In this document: piece after piece, positions 36,545 through 46,684 of the stretch
How positions within the stretch are numbered: the stretch's first letter is position 1
Layout of the letters: each line of letters opens with the position of its first letter
Assembly (NCBI GenBank): GCA_028877215.1
Contig: JAPPFJ010000024.1
Coordinates: forward strand, 20,835 to 84,834
Source of the DNA: Gemmatimonadota bacterium
Lineage (GTDB): Bacteria; Latescibacterota; UBA2968; GCA-2709665
Reading direction: 5' to 3'
DNA length: 64,000 bases
The notes under the pieces: generated by a model
Seen by the model: the letters and a program-made list of their open reading frames with translations, nothing else
What the model was told of the DNA's origin: nothing
The model's database searches: none
Position numbers and translations under genes: made by a program

Positions 36545-37246
36545 CTACGGCGCCGGCGTGGATGGTGGAAGAATAACCGCCACCGCGTCCGCGGTCTCGT
36601 CGACGCGATCGAACAGGTCCACCGCCTGCTGTCTGTTCATCTGGAAGTCGATGGTGACCGTTTCGGTGGGCATGAACGCGCCCTGCGCAAAAACCGACAC
36701 GCGTTTGTCGTTCACGGGATTCCAGATTTCTACGACCCTGCCTTCGAACTCGCTCCCGTAGGCCGCGTACGCCACGTTGCTTCGAGGTCTGTTTCCGCTG
36801 GGAACGCCGACCCGGACCCGCTTGCCAAGATACTGAAACGGAGACTGTAATCCGTGCGCCCGGCCGCGAAGATCGGCGATCAGCGGATTTTCGGCGATCG
36901 CGGCTTCGAGTCGCGCCTTCCGCTCTTCAATGGTTTCGCTCCCGCCCTGCGGCGCATCCGGCATTTCTTCCGCCAGGCGCCCGGCAATGGCGCTGTTCCT
37001 GTAGTGATAGACGTCCTTCGCAGTCAACCACCCCAGCGTTGCTTGTCTGGCGAAGTCCCTGCTCCAGATCGAGTCCAGGACGGCATCGTGCGCCACCATT
37101 TTGTCTTCGATCCGCATCTGAATGGCGTTCTCGGCATCGTAGTTGATCGTAACATTGATCGGGGCGATGTACGCGATATATGCCAGGTACGCGCAGCCCG
37201 CCGCCAGAACGACCTCGATGACTGTACGGATGTGTGAACTCGACAT
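36545..37246 (-). CDS. Membrane-anchored hypothetical protein
   Basis: 233-aa ORF with an N-terminal TM segment (VIEVVLAAGCAYLAYIAYIA). Its composition looks coding compared with the overlapping + strand ORFs. No family was recognised. Confidence 0.55.
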   Translation of the reverse strand: MSSSHIRTVIEVVLAAGCAYLAYIAYIAPINVTINYDAENAIQMRIEDKMVAHDAVLDSIWSRDFARQATLGWLTAKDVYHYRNSAIAGRLAEEMPDAPQGGSETIEERKARLEAAIAENPLIADLRGRAHGLQSPFQYLGKRVRVGVPSGNRPRSNVAYAAYGSEFEGRVVEIWNPVNDKRVSVFAQGAFMPTETVTIDFQMNRQQAVDLFDRVDETADAVAVILPPSTPAP

Positions 37247-37598
37247 TTCTTCCCTCCTCTTTCCGACGGTTCTTTGTCAGTTCAGTCAACTGTGGTTTTG
37301 GCGCCAGCCGTCAAGATGCCGGGCAAGCGCTCGTGTCCTGTCCCAAAAATTCCTCACCATTCGATCGCAGATTCATCCCGTCTCGCTGCGTTCCCCTCGC
37401 TCGCCGACCTTACGCAGGTCGCCTGCGCTCCGGCGCCTTGCGAGCCAGGCGACTCGGCGGTCGAATTCAGGCAACTTATTTCCGGGACAGAACACTGGGA
37501 GCAACGGTTTTCATTCGTTTCAGGGCTCCTTTCTCCGACGGGCATCCGTCAGCTTTTATATGATCCGATTTTCTCCTGCCGTACCATTACAACTGTCT

Positions 37599-38459
37599 TC
37601 ACTTTCTTCCGGAATACGCCCGTCCCACTTCCGCCACGGCCTCCCGGCCTCCGGAGCAGATCATCACCCCTTCATCTATCATCTCCCTGATGTTTTCCTC
37701 GTTCGCGCCGTTCAGGAAGAACAGACCGGCGTCCTTGCAGGCCGCCATCACGCGGGCCCGGGCGGCCCGGATTTCAGGCGGGTAGGGCGGATCGTGCCGA
37801 TCGGCGTGGCCAAACGACATTCCCATATCCCCGGGGCCCCACTCGCCGAACGCGAGCCCCTGTACTTTTGCCGTGTCTTCAGCGTTGGCCAGCGCACGTT
37901 TGTTCTCGATCTTCACGCCCAGCATCAACTCGCCGCCTGGCCTCAGCGGCCACGGGTCGGCCTTCTCCAGGTAATCAGCGGCGGACACGCCCCAGATCTG
38001 CGCGGCCCAGCCCTGACCCCCGGCGCCGCGCCGCCCGTCACCGTGTCCATCGGCCGGTTTCCGGAACGGATACCTGCAACTTTCCACGAAAGCGCGGACT
38101 CCCTCCGGGTCCTCGGCATGGCACAGGAGTATCCCGTGCACGCCCCGCGCCAGCGCCTGTTTGAACATCCACGCATTGGCCCGGACCGCCGCTTCGCTCG
38201 AACCCTCCACCGGCAGATCCACGATGACGGCCGGCGTCCGGTGCCCGCTGGCCGTGGGACCGCCGTCGACCAGTCCCCGCATGAATGCACCCAGTCCCGG
38301 CATATCGAACGCGCCGTGCTCGATGCTGACGTTGATGTAGTCGGCCCACGTCCCGGACATGTCCCGGCCCGTCTCGTACGACAGCTCGGAGACGCCGACA
38401 TAATATATCGGCTGACCCTGTTCAAGGAGTTCGATGGCCTTGTTGATTCGATTCGGCAA
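37599..38459 (-). CDS. HpcH/HpaI-family aldolase
   Basis: Colinear with HpaI-type aldolases: VSIEHGAF, GILLCHAEDPEGVRAFVESCRYPF, GVKIENKRALANAEDTAKVQGLAFGEWGPGDMGMSFG. Confidence 0.75.
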   Translation of the reverse strand: MPNRINKAIELLEQGQPIYYVGVSELSYETGRDMSGTWADYINVSIEHGAFDMPGLGAFMRGLVDGGPTASGHRTPAVIVDLPVEGSSEAAVRANAWMFKQALARGVHGILLCHAEDPEGVRAFVESCRYPFRKPADGHGDGRRGAGGQGWAAQIWGVSAADYLEKADPWPLRPGGELMLGVKIENKRALANAEDTAKVQGLAFGEWGPGDMGMSFGHADRHDPPYPPEIRAARARVMAACKDAGLFFLNGANEENIREMIDEGVMICSGGREAVAEVGRAYSGRK

Positions 38460-38473
38460 CTTTCACCTCGGAT

Positions 38474-38672
38474 TTAACCTTGATTCATCGTTTTTCGGTG
38501 ACGTTAGTTCGTATATGTGCGAATTGATAAAGGCGATTAAACTGCTGATTACCAGGATACACCAGGTCAGCGGACGTGAACGGAAAAAATGTCCTTCATG
38601 ACGACAATTTCGGCCTGTTTCGGAAGGTTTCGTCGTGGCGCTGCGTTACGGTTTTTGCGGGACAAAGGTTAA
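38474..38672 (+). mobile_element. 199-bp MITE-like repeat, diverged copy C
   Basis: It aligns end to end with copy B, sharing the core AAAGGCGATTAAAC.GC.GATTACCAGGATACACCAGGTCA..GGACGTGAA.GGAAAAAA. It has terminal inverted repeats TTAACCTTG ... CAAAGGTTAA. Confidence 0.7.
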
Positions 38673-38839
38673 AGAGTCGGACGCGACGTAACGCGCTAAA
38701 ATAAAGTGGACACCAGGAAATAGCAAAGGTTCATGGAGCCGGCGTTAAGGAGCGCGGAGTTGACCGGAACCAACACAGGCGTGGGTGAAATGCAGGAAAA
38801 ATGTGCCGGGAAAGGGTCGCGGGACCCGGGGGATCGGTC

Positions 38840-38868
38840 TTGACTCCGCTCTCACGCCCGCTTATTTT
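38840..38868 (+). promoter_or_regulatory. Sigma70-like promoter candidate
   Basis: TTGACT, 17 nt, then TATTTT, about 160 nt upstream of the oxidoreductase gene at 39028. Confidence 0.25.
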
Positions 38869-39027
38869 CCCCACCCCTTGTTCCGGATGCCGAAGCTGGG
38901 ACAACCCGATCCCGTGCTTTACAACGTCAAGAGCGATTGCTTTCAAACACCGCTACCGCCTGAAAAACACCGACTGCCAACTGACGGTTCGAAAATCCTC
39001 ACGTAGAAAAACCCGGAGGGAGAAATA

Positions 39028-40038
39028 ATGCTCGGCGTTGCGATCCAGGGCGCGGGAAACGTCTCCACTGAACACATCAAGGCGTACCTTAACAACCCCA
39101 ACACCCGATTGGTCGCTATCGGAAGCCGAACGCTCGAGAGCGCCCGGCGAAAAGCGGTGGAACTCGGCGTTGAGTGCGACCTCTACGACAACTACGACAG
39201 GCTTCTCGAGCATCCGGCCGTCGACGTGGTTTCCATCTGTACCCCGCCAGACCTCCACGCCGGAGAAGCCATTGCTGCCGCGCGCGCAGGCAAACACCTC
39301 CTGATCGAAAAGCCGGTGGCCACGAATCACGAAGAGCTGGACGAGATGCACCGGGCCGTGGAGAGCGCGGGCGTGAAGACGGTAATCGGCTTCGTGCTTC
39401 GATGGAATCCCCTCATCATTTCCATGAAACAGGCTGTCGAGAAGGGTTGGGTCGGCGTACCACTGCTCGTCCAGGCCGACTACTGGCACGGGCCCACCAA
39501 CGCCCGCCCCGGGAGATTCAGCCGCGACGGCTGGAACCCGATGGTCAACGGCGCCATCGTACACGGCGGCTGCCACGCGCTCGACGCCGCCCGATATATC
39601 CTGGACAACGACGAGGTCACCCGGGTGACGGGTGTCTCTCCAGGACATCGCACGCACGAGAACGACTACCGATCCACGACGGTCGCCACGGTGGCGTTCG
39701 CGGGGGGCGCCGCGGGTAAATTCTCCGGTTCCACGGCGTTCTTCATGCCCTACGTCTTCAACATCGAGGTCTTCGGCACCGAAGGCGTGATCCGGAACAA
39801 CCGGTTCTACACCCGACAGCTTTCCGGCCAGGACGCCTTCGGCAGTTTTCCCACCGTGTTGCCGGACAGTGGCGCGGTTTCCCACCATCCGTTCCAGGAA
39901 ATGATCGACCACCTCGTCGATTGTATCCTCAACGACGTGGAATCGCACGGCAACCTCGCCGTAGCCGTCAACACCCACGCCGCGTGTTTCGCCGCGGAAG
40001 AATCGGCCGAAAGCGGTTCCACGCCGATTCTCTTGTGA
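39028..40038 (+). CDS. Gfo/Idh/MocA-family oxidoreductase
   Basis: GGAGGGAG RBS. The N-terminal Rossmann segment is GVAIQGAGNVSTEHIKAY...VAIGSR, followed by EKPVATNHEELDEM, typical of the family. Confidence 0.85.
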   Translation: MLGVAIQGAGNVSTEHIKAYLNNPNTRLVAIGSRTLESARRKAVELGVECDLYDNYDRLLEHPAVDVVSICTPPDLHAGEAIAAARAGKHLLIEKPVATNHEELDEMHRAVESAGVKTVIGFVLRWNPLIISMKQAVEKGWVGVPLLVQADYWHGPTNARPGRFSRDGWNPMVNGAIVHGGCHALDAARYILDNDEVTRVTGVSPGHRTHENDYRSTTVATVAFAGGAAGKFSGSTAFFMPYVFNIEVFGTEGVIRNNRFYTRQLSGQDAFGSFPTVLPDSGAVSHHPFQEMIDHLVDCILNDVESHGNLAVAVNTHAACFAAEESAESGSTPILL

Positions 40039-40070
40039 CGAGACTCGCGGTTACCGGACAGGTATACACA

Positions 40071-41066
40071 ATGGCAGAATGTGTGAGAGTCGCGCTGGCT
40101 GGTTGCGGCGGACTGGGGCGCACCCACGCCAGAAACGTGGAAGCGATGGAGGGTGTGAGACTCGTCGCCGTTTGCGACGTGGTGGGGGAATCCGCGGCTC
40201 AGCTTGCCGCGCAACTGGCATCCGGCCCGCAGCCGTACACGGACCATCGCGCCATGCTGGCTGCCGAGAATCCTGACGCCGTGTTGGTGGTGACGCCCAA
40301 CCACACGCACAGCCGCATCGGTACGGACGCGGCGCTGGCGGGCGCCCACGTCTTCTGCGAAAAACCCATGGCGCTGACCGTTGGCGACTGCGATGCGATG
40401 ATCCGTGCCGCGGAACAGTCAGGCGTTTACCTGATGATCGGCTATGTGCTCCGTTTTCAGGCCGTCTATATGGAAATGAAGCGCCGTGTGGACCGGGGGG
40501 ACATTGGTGAAATCACGCTGGCGCATGCGGTGCGTCTGGGAACCGGCGCGCCAGGGGGCGTTGGCGGATGGCAGACACGAAGGGAAACCTACGGTGGGAT
40601 GTTTTCGATGTACAGCCACGAACTCGACCAGCTCGCCTGGCTGGCCGGTGAAATCCATGCGGTCAATGCCGTGATGAAATATGGAGAGGACCAGGAGAAC
40701 GAAGTCGAGGAAAGCATCTTCATCGGCATCGAATTCGCCTCAGGCGCCATCGGCTCACTGAGCAGCAGCCGGGTCTATCCGGTCAACAGCTACGAACTCG
40801 GCGTTGCCGGCACAAATGGCGCGCTTAAGCTCAACGCACCGGGCGGCCCCATCACGTTCGCCCGGCACGGCGGGAGTTCAGCCTCCATCGAGGTGCCCGG
40901 GAACAACGGGCTGGTGGACGAGATCGCACACTTTATCGGTTGCATTCAACGGGGAAATGCGCCGCGATCGGATGGCAGTGACGGGCGGCGCGTGGTCGCC
41001 GTGGCCCTGGCCGCCCACGAATCCGCCCGGACCGGAAAGCGCGTGGAAGTTCCGATGATGACCTGA
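40071..41066 (+). CDS. Gfo/Idh/MocA-family oxidoreductase
   Basis: The track ORF starts at 39921, overlapping the previous gene. The ATG at 40071 gives MAECVRVALAGCGGLGRTHARN..., and CEKPMALTVGDCDAMI is typical of the family. Confidence 0.85.
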   Translation: MAECVRVALAGCGGLGRTHARNVEAMEGVRLVAVCDVVGESAAQLAAQLASGPQPYTDHRAMLAAENPDAVLVVTPNHTHSRIGTDAALAGAHVFCEKPMALTVGDCDAMIRAAEQSGVYLMIGYVLRFQAVYMEMKRRVDRGDIGEITLAHAVRLGTGAPGGVGGWQTRRETYGGMFSMYSHELDQLAWLAGEIHAVNAVMKYGEDQENEVEESIFIGIEFASGAIGSLSSSRVYPVNSYELGVAGTNGALKLNAPGGPITFARHGGSSASIEVPGNNGLVDEIAHFIGCIQRGNAPRSDGSDGRRVVAVALAAHESARTGKRVEVPMMT

Positions 41067-41092
41067 GAAACCTTCTTTAACTCGGATACCTT

Positions 41093-42844
41093 CTATCCCG
41101 CCGCGGGACGCATATCCTCCAGAACGAGCTGCACCTGAGTCCGGCCGTTCCAGGTGTTGGATTCAATCGCGCAGGCCACGTCCACGCGATCGCCCCGGCG
41201 AAGCCGACCGGCCAGTTCGCCCTTGCCCCACCAGACAGCGTCGCATATCCGCGGACGCCACCGCGCTGCGCCGTCCGCACGGCCGGCGGAAGACGCTGTA
41301 TCCAGGTTCATCTTGAGGTGCGCCCCTTTTCCCACCGCTGTGACTCGATCAACCGTGCAGTCCTGTACCATGAAAAGCGGCGCTTCGTTTCCCGAACCGA
41401 ACGGCGACAGGGCAGATAGCGCCGCGACCGTTTCCAGGGAGATCTCCTCCGGCCGAAGCGTGGCATCCAGCTCGAGCCGGGTTCTTAGGTCTTCGTCCGA
41501 AATCCGCTCCGCCGCATCGGCCTCCATCCGGGTCTTGAACGCTTCGAAATTCTCCAGCGACCCCGTAAAGCCGCCTGCATCCGCGTGACCGCCGTATTCG
41601 GTCAGTAAGTCCGCACAGCGAAAAATCGCTTCCGCCATATTGTAGCCCGCGCCCGATCGGGCCGATCCCGTGAAGCTGCCATCCCCGCGGACCTCGGAGC
41701 AGGCGATGCCCGGCCTGCCGTATTGCTCGGCCAGGCGCCCGGCAATCAACCCCACCACGCCGAGGTGCCAGCTTTCGCCTTTCGCAACGAGAATCCGGTG
41801 CTTGTCCAGCCCCAGGGATTCCACCTGCTCCCCGGCCTGTTTCACGCCCACGAGCTCAAGCTCTCGCCGCCGCCGGTTGAGCCCGTTCAGCCGCTCCGCC
41901 AGGCGGGCGGCCTGACCGGCCTCCGGGGCGCGAAGCAGATCCAGCGCCAGATCAGCGGATTCCAGTCGCCCGGCGCTGTTGATGCGCGGGCCCAGGAAGA
42001 ACCCGATCGCCGTCGTATCCACGGGACGGGTATCGGCGCCGGCGACGGCCTTCAGGGCCTGAAGCCCCGGACGCTGCGTCCGATCCAGAATCTGCATTCC
42101 CCTGCGGGTGAGCAGACGGTTCTCACCCAGCATGGGCGCGATATCCGCCACGGTTCCGAGTGCGACCAGGTCCAGCAGCGAATTGAGATACGACCTGCGC
42201 TCAGATGCATCGATCAGAGAATCCGAAAGCGCCTGCACGGCTTTGAACGCCACGCCCACGGCCGCGAGCCCCTTGAACGCGTACCTGCAATCCGGGCGGT
42301 TGGGGTTGACCACCGCGCTGGCGTCGGGCAGCCGGCCGTGAGGCTCGTGATGATCGGTCACCAGAACATCGATGCCCGCCGCGTTTGCCGTCTCAACCGC
42401 CTTGAACGAGGAGATGCCGTTGTCGGCCGTAACGATGACGCGCGCGCCCGCTTCGACCGCCCGCTGAACGCCGGCCGGTTTCATGCCGTATCCGTCCCGG
42501 TAGCGGTCCGGCAGGATGGACACGACGTCGGCGCCCACCCTGTCCAGAAAATCCATAAACACGGCCGTGCTTGTCACGCCGTCCACGTCGTAGTCACCGA
42601 ATACGACAATGCGCTCGCCGCATCGTACCGCCTTCACAATCCGCTCGGTAAGCCGGTCCATGTCCTTCATCGTAAACGGATCCTGGAGTACTCCGGGAGA
42701 ATCCTCGATATCGTCGGCCGTCAGACCGCGATTCGCCAGCACCACGTCCACGAGCGGCCCGGACGAACCGTCCGCGCCGGAATCCGAATCCCTGTGGTGT
42801 CTGAGCGTCCAGACCGGGTATTTCTGCATTAAAACCTCAAGCAA
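41093..42844 (-). CDS. recJ: Single-stranded-DNA-specific exonuclease RecJ
   Basis: 583 aa with DHH-family motifs (VVFGDYDVDGVTSTAV, VTADNGISS, VTDHHEP) and a DHHA1-like GGHADAGG motif. Confidence 0.9.
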   Translation of the reverse strand: MLEVLMQKYPVWTLRHHRDSDSGADGSSGPLVDVVLANRGLTADDIEDSPGVLQDPFTMKDMDRLTERIVKAVRCGERIVVFGDYDVDGVTSTAVFMDFLDRVGADVVSILPDRYRDGYGMKPAGVQRAVEAGARVIVTADNGISSFKAVETANAAGIDVLVTDHHEPHGRLPDASAVVNPNRPDCRYAFKGLAAVGVAFKAVQALSDSLIDASERRSYLNSLLDLVALGTVADIAPMLGENRLLTRRGMQILDRTQRPGLQALKAVAGADTRPVDTTAIGFFLGPRINSAGRLESADLALDLLRAPEAGQAARLAERLNGLNRRRRELELVGVKQAGEQVESLGLDKHRILVAKGESWHLGVVGLIAGRLAEQYGRPGIACSEVRGDGSFTGSARSGAGYNMAEAIFRCADLLTEYGGHADAGGFTGSLENFEAFKTRMEADAAERISDEDLRTRLELDATLRPEEISLETVAALSALSPFGSGNEAPLFMVQDCTVDRVTAVGKGAHLKMNLDTASSAGRADGAARWRPRICDAVWWGKGELAGRLRRGDRVDVACAIESNTWNGRTQVQLVLEDMRPAAG

Positions 42845-42914
42845 TGAATTGGTCTCCCCATGGGAGCGTCGATTAATATATCATGAGTTTTCGCGTCGGG
42901 CAAAAGGCATGTGG

Positions 42915-43045
42915 CTGTCAGCTAAAACCAGAAAACCTTCGGTCTCGCGATTGCAATACGCAATATCCGTGCCGCGGGACCTCTCCCCCCGGGCCCGCAG
43001 ACCTCTCTCCCCTGCCCTCTCTCCCACCGGGAGAGAGGGGGCGAG
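42915..43045 (+). repeat. Composite REP-like cluster (CTGTCAGCTAAAA module plus GCAGACCTCTCTCCCCTGCCCTCTCTCC...GGGAGAGAGGG hairpin)
   Basis: The same module order recurs at 46685-46806 in the same orientation. The hairpin is CCCTCTCTCC / GGAGAGAGGG. Confidence 0.7.
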
Positions 43046-43185
43046 ACTGAACGCGGCCTTGCCGGCCATCCGAAAATCCATGTTCAATGGGACAACGCTG
43101 TTCCGGCAACATTGCGTTCCCTGTACATCCGCCCATCACCGTTCCCCCTTCCTTCAGGAAGGGGCAAGGGGGTAGGTTCAGTGAA

Positions 43186-43303
43186 GGACAGGAGAGGAGA
43201 GGGATCGTCTGCCGTAAAGAGCTTCTTCTCATGCCGGAGGCAAGGAGGAATAGATCACCGGGCAAGGATTTCATCTACCGTCTAACGTCTACCCTCTCCC
43301 TGC
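43186..43303 (+). repeat. PAL element, copy 2
   Basis: GAGAGGGATCGTCTGCCGTAAAGAGCTTCTTCTCATGCCGGAGGCAAGGAGGAATAGATCACCGGGCAAGGATTTCATCTACCGTCTAACGTCTACCCTCTCC. Confidence 0.75.
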
Positions 43304-43461
43304 CTTCAGGCGACCGGCCGGTCGACCCTATAGATTTGGGGTCCCGGCGAATGAAAATGCCTTTGAGTTAAATATAATTCTTGGTGCCTCGGGCGATTTG
43401 GGTATATTTGTCACCCTGAGGTGCGACTCTGATTCAACCCGCAATCGAGACGGTTCCCGGT

Positions 43462-43833
43462 TTGCCAAGAATTCTTCTCGCGGAAGACGGTCCAACGGCC
43501 ATGACCCTTGCCGGCGGGCTTTTCGATCACCGAAACGTCGAACTGGACGTGGTCACCGACGGGCGCAGCGCCCTGGAGACCCTCGCGGCAAATCCCAGGG
43601 CGTACGCACTCGTCATTCTCGCATACGATCTGCCGGAAATCACCGGACCGGATTGCATTCGTTTCATCAGGAAAATGCTCGCCCGTCTACCATTGCTGGT
43701 CCTTATCGAAAACCCGGCTCCGGAGCACCTGGACGAACTCGCCGCGCAAGGCATCTCGGGCGGCCAGATTCTGGAAAAACCGGCGACCCCCGAATCCCTA
43801 GCGGACCGGGTCGGAAAAATGCTCAGGCTTTAG
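43462..43833 (+). CDS. Stand-alone response regulator receiver domain protein (CheY-like)
   Basis: A TTG start gives (M)PRILLAEDGPTAMTLAGGLF...VILAYDLPEITGPDCIRFIRK...PLLVLIE, which has the acidic pocket and phospho-acceptor Asp context. Confidence 0.75.
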   Translation: MPRILLAEDGPTAMTLAGGLFDHRNVELDVVTDGRSALETLAANPRAYALVILAYDLPEITGPDCIRFIRKMLARLPLLVLIENPAPEHLDELAAQGISGGQILEKPATPESLADRVGKMLRL

Positions 43834-43928
43834 AACGGCGACGATTTTTGAAACAAATGTAACCCTTGAGAATCATATTAACCAGCGAACGGACAGTTCC
43901 TGTCAGCGCAATTTCAAAAGGAGTTTTC

Positions 43929-44324
43929 ATGTCGCGCCACTTTGAAACCGTAAAGGCCTTTCTTCAGGACCTCGAGCTGGTCATTGAAGAAGAAGATTCC
44001 GATGAGGAACTGGTGGTCGTCACCGACGAAGACCGGGGGATCCACCGGCTTATCGTCGACTGTGAAGATCCCATTCTCATCCTGGAACAGGCCATCATGC
44101 CGATCCCCGGGAATCCGGGCGACCTCTACAAGCGCCTGCTGGAATTGAACCGGACGCTCATCCACGGGGCCTTCGCCATCGACGAGGAAACCGGGACCGT
44201 CCTGTTCCGGGACACCCTTCTTCTGGATACGCTGGACAGGGCGGAAATCGAAGGCGCCGTCAACGCGCTGGGCCTCGCCCTTGGTGAAAACGCCGAAGAA
44301 CTCTTGAGTTACAGCAGGCAATAG
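43929..44324 (+). CDS. YbjN/YjfI (DUF2170)-like small acidic protein associated with PspA
   Basis: The ATG at 43929 gives MSRHFETVKAFLQDLELVIEEEDSDEELVVV.... It is chaperone-like in size and pattern and lies immediately upstream of pspA, as yjfI does relative to yjfJ. Confidence 0.6.
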   Translation: MSRHFETVKAFLQDLELVIEEEDSDEELVVVTDEDRGIHRLIVDCEDPILILEQAIMPIPGNPGDLYKRLLELNRTLIHGAFAIDEETGTVLFRDTLLLDTLDRAEIEGAVNALGLALGENAEELLSYSRQ

Positions 44325-44412
44325 TGAGAACACAGGTCGGAATCCCGAAGATGCAATCCGTTACGATCCACGATCTCCGGCCTTCGGGTCCCGCATCAGA
44401 TAGGAGCATAAC

Positions 44413-45114
44413 ATGGGAATTTTTCAACGCATTTTTCGCGTCGGTCAGGCTGAAGTTCACGCCGCCATCGACAAACTCGAAGATCCGATTCGCCTCACGG
44501 AACAGGGCATCCGGGACCTCAAGAAAGACCTGAGTAACGCGATGACCAGCCTGGCCGAAGTCAAGGGTCATGGCATTCGCCTGCGGAAACAGGCGTCGGA
44601 CAGCAAGAAGGCCGCGGAGGACTACGAACGCAAGGCCATGGCGTTGCTTCAGAGGGCCCAGAAAGACCAGATTGATGCGGCCGAAGCCGACCGCCTGGCC
44701 GGCGAAGCGCTTGCCCGAAAGGAAGAGAACGTAAACCGGGCCGCCACGCTCAGCGAGAACGCCCGCAAACAGGAGGAAATGGCCGCTCAGCTGCAGACCC
44801 AGGTGGATAAACTCAAGTCCTCCATCGCAGGGTACGAAAACGACCTGGTGACGCTGCGCGCCCGGGCCCGTACGGCCGCTGCAACGAAGAAGATCAACAA
44901 GCAACTGGCGAAAGTGGACTCCACCGGAACGCTTGCCATGCTCGAACGCATGAAGGAGCGGGTGGAAGAAGACGAGTCTCTCTCGGAGGCGTACGGTGAG
45001 GTGGCCGACGCGTCGAAGAGCGTGGACGAGGAGATCGACGCCGCGCTTAAGGAAAAGAATCCGGGCGCGGACAAGCTGGCCGAGCTCAAGAGCAAGATGG
45101 GAATTCAGGCGTAA
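44413..45114 (+). CDS. pspA: PspA/IM30-family protein
   Basis: MGIFQRIFRVGQAEVHAAIDKLEDPIRLTEQGIRDLKKDL... is the canonical PspA N-terminus, followed by a long coiled coil. Confidence 0.9.
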   Translation: MGIFQRIFRVGQAEVHAAIDKLEDPIRLTEQGIRDLKKDLSNAMTSLAEVKGHGIRLRKQASDSKKAAEDYERKAMALLQRAQKDQIDAAEADRLAGEALARKEENVNRAATLSENARKQEEMAAQLQTQVDKLKSSIAGYENDLVTLRARARTAAATKKINKQLAKVDSTGTLAMLERMKERVEEDESLSEAYGEVADASKSVDEEIDAALKEKNPGADKLAELKSKMGIQA

Positions 45115-45167
45115 GTGCGGCACTTCGCGGACCGGAATCCGGTATCCGGCGCGGCAGGGGCGAACCT

Positions 45168-45701
45168 GTGAACTGGAATCCATTCAAGAAAAAGACCGAT
45201 GAAGTCGACCCCGTGGTCGACTTCACGCTTTCCGACCTTAAGCCCGGATACGTGGTCGACTATGACCTGAAGACCTGGAAGGTGACGGCGCAGAACCATT
45301 ACGATTTTGATGGAGACCGCGTGGATGAATGGGAGCTGACTTGCGCCGACGAAGTGATGTACCTGGACCGCGAGGAGGACGACGCGATCTGCTGGACCAT
45401 CTCGCGCAAGGTCCCCGTGTCCCGGATCGACGGCGACCCCATGTCCCATATCCAGGAACACGAAGACCCGCCCGAAGAGGTAACCTGCAACAGCGTCACC
45501 TATTACGCGGAATCTTCCGATGCCGGTGAGTTCTACCGGAACGGCGAAGGTCCCCCGCGGGAACTGATTACCTGGGAGTACCTGGACGATTCCGAACGGA
45601 AGACGTTAACGATCGAACAGTGGGGCGAGGACGACTTCGAAGCCTCCATCGGCGAAATCGTCGAGGAATACCAGTTTACGGACATCCTGCCTACGGAATA
45701 G
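45168..45701 (+). CDS. DUF4178 domain protein
   Basis: GTG start. LKPGYVVDYDLKTWKVTAQNHYDFDGDRVDEWELTC... is the DUF4178 pattern that commonly follows PspA genes. Confidence 0.7.
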   Translation: MNWNPFKKKTDEVDPVVDFTLSDLKPGYVVDYDLKTWKVTAQNHYDFDGDRVDEWELTCADEVMYLDREEDDAICWTISRKVPVSRIDGDPMSHIQEHEDPPEEVTCNSVTYYAESSDAGEFYRNGEGPPRELITWEYLDDSERKTLTIEQWGEDDFEASIGEIVEEYQFTDILPTE

Positions 45702-45721
45702 GCGATTTTGGACGAATGAGA

Positions 45722-45761
45722 CAGGGCGGACGACATAACGTCGTCCGCCCTGTTTCGCTTT
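45722..45761 (+). terminator. Intrinsic terminator of the psp operon
   Basis: CAGGGCGGACGAC, loop ATAAC, then GTCGTCCGCCCTG gives a 13-bp perfect stem followed by TTTCGCTTT. It begins 21 nt after the DUF4178 stop. Confidence 0.75.
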
Positions 45762-45986
45762 AGAAGCTGTCTTAAAATTCCCAGCGGTCTTCGCACGGCT
45801 GCAAAAGCGCCGGTCGACGTTGGTCAAATCCACCCGTCTTACGAGATCGAGGCTGCGCTTGCTCGCCTCTCATAGGCGGATTTTCCCGTCGGCGCTACGC
45901 GCCCCTCGCGCCTCATAACCGCCACTTTTTCGCTCGCGCTCGGGAACTCACCGGTAATTTCAAAACAGCTTCTTAGTATATTCCGA

Positions 45987-46658
45987 TCAGACCAGAAACT
46001 GCAAACGACTCGCCTGACCGGCTCGTATTTTCGCGCAGTGATCCTCGAGGTTCAGCATATCGATAAGGCTCCTGCCTCTTTCCATCTCCGCAAGGAGTCG
46101 CGCCTCTTTCCTCTGCACCTCTTCCGCAACGGGAATGATCTCCGAAATCTCCTCGGAGGATGCCACGATGAGGCCGTCGTCGTCGCCAAAGACGATCTCG
46201 CCCGGATGAACGCGCACCCCGCCGCACGTTACGGGGACCTGTGTCTCGAAGAGCCTGTCCGTCGTGCCGGCAACCGGGTTGACCGACCGGGCGTAATACG
46301 GTAGCTGCTGTTGTCGGATCGCCGCCGTATCCCTGCACGGTCCGTCGTTCACAATCCCGGCCAGCCCCTTGCGCCGCGCCTCGGTGGGAAACAGTTCCCC
46401 GGTCAATGCCTTCCGGCTCCCCTGGGAGTCGATTACCAGGACCTCTCCGGGCAAGGCGTCGCGAAGGGCGACGATCACGGTCAGAAAGTCCTCGCGGCAG
46501 GTCAGCGTATGCGCCCGCCCGATCAGCCTCAATCCCGGCGAGACGGGGCGGATGGCGGGGTCTACGGCCCTGACCGGCTTATCGAGCGCCTTGTATCCAT
46601 CGCAGACACAGGCCGTATCCAGCCGGGAAAGGCGTCGTCTGATTTCGTCGAAGTCCAT
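45987..46658 (-). CDS. RraA-family protein (RNase E regulator / HMG-CHA aldolase family)
   Basis: 223 aa with DTACVCDGYKAL and GELFPTEARRKGLAGIVNDGPCRDTAAI, typical of RraA-like proteins. Confidence 0.8.
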   Translation of the reverse strand: MDFDEIRRRLSRLDTACVCDGYKALDKPVRAVDPAIRPVSPGLRLIGRAHTLTCREDFLTVIVALRDALPGEVLVIDSQGSRKALTGELFPTEARRKGLAGIVNDGPCRDTAAIRQQQLPYYARSVNPVAGTTDRLFETQVPVTCGGVRVHPGEIVFGDDDGLIVASSEEISEIIPVAEEVQRKEARLLAEMERGRSLIDMLNLEDHCAKIRAGQASRLQFLV

Positions 46659-46684
46659 TTTATAAACCTTTCAAAAACAATGTG

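Noticed and set aside
37143-38477. 444-aa + strand ORF.
   Set aside because: It lies antisense to the HpcH-family aldolase and the membrane-anchored protein gene. The translation is shadow-like, rich in Ser/Arg/Pro.
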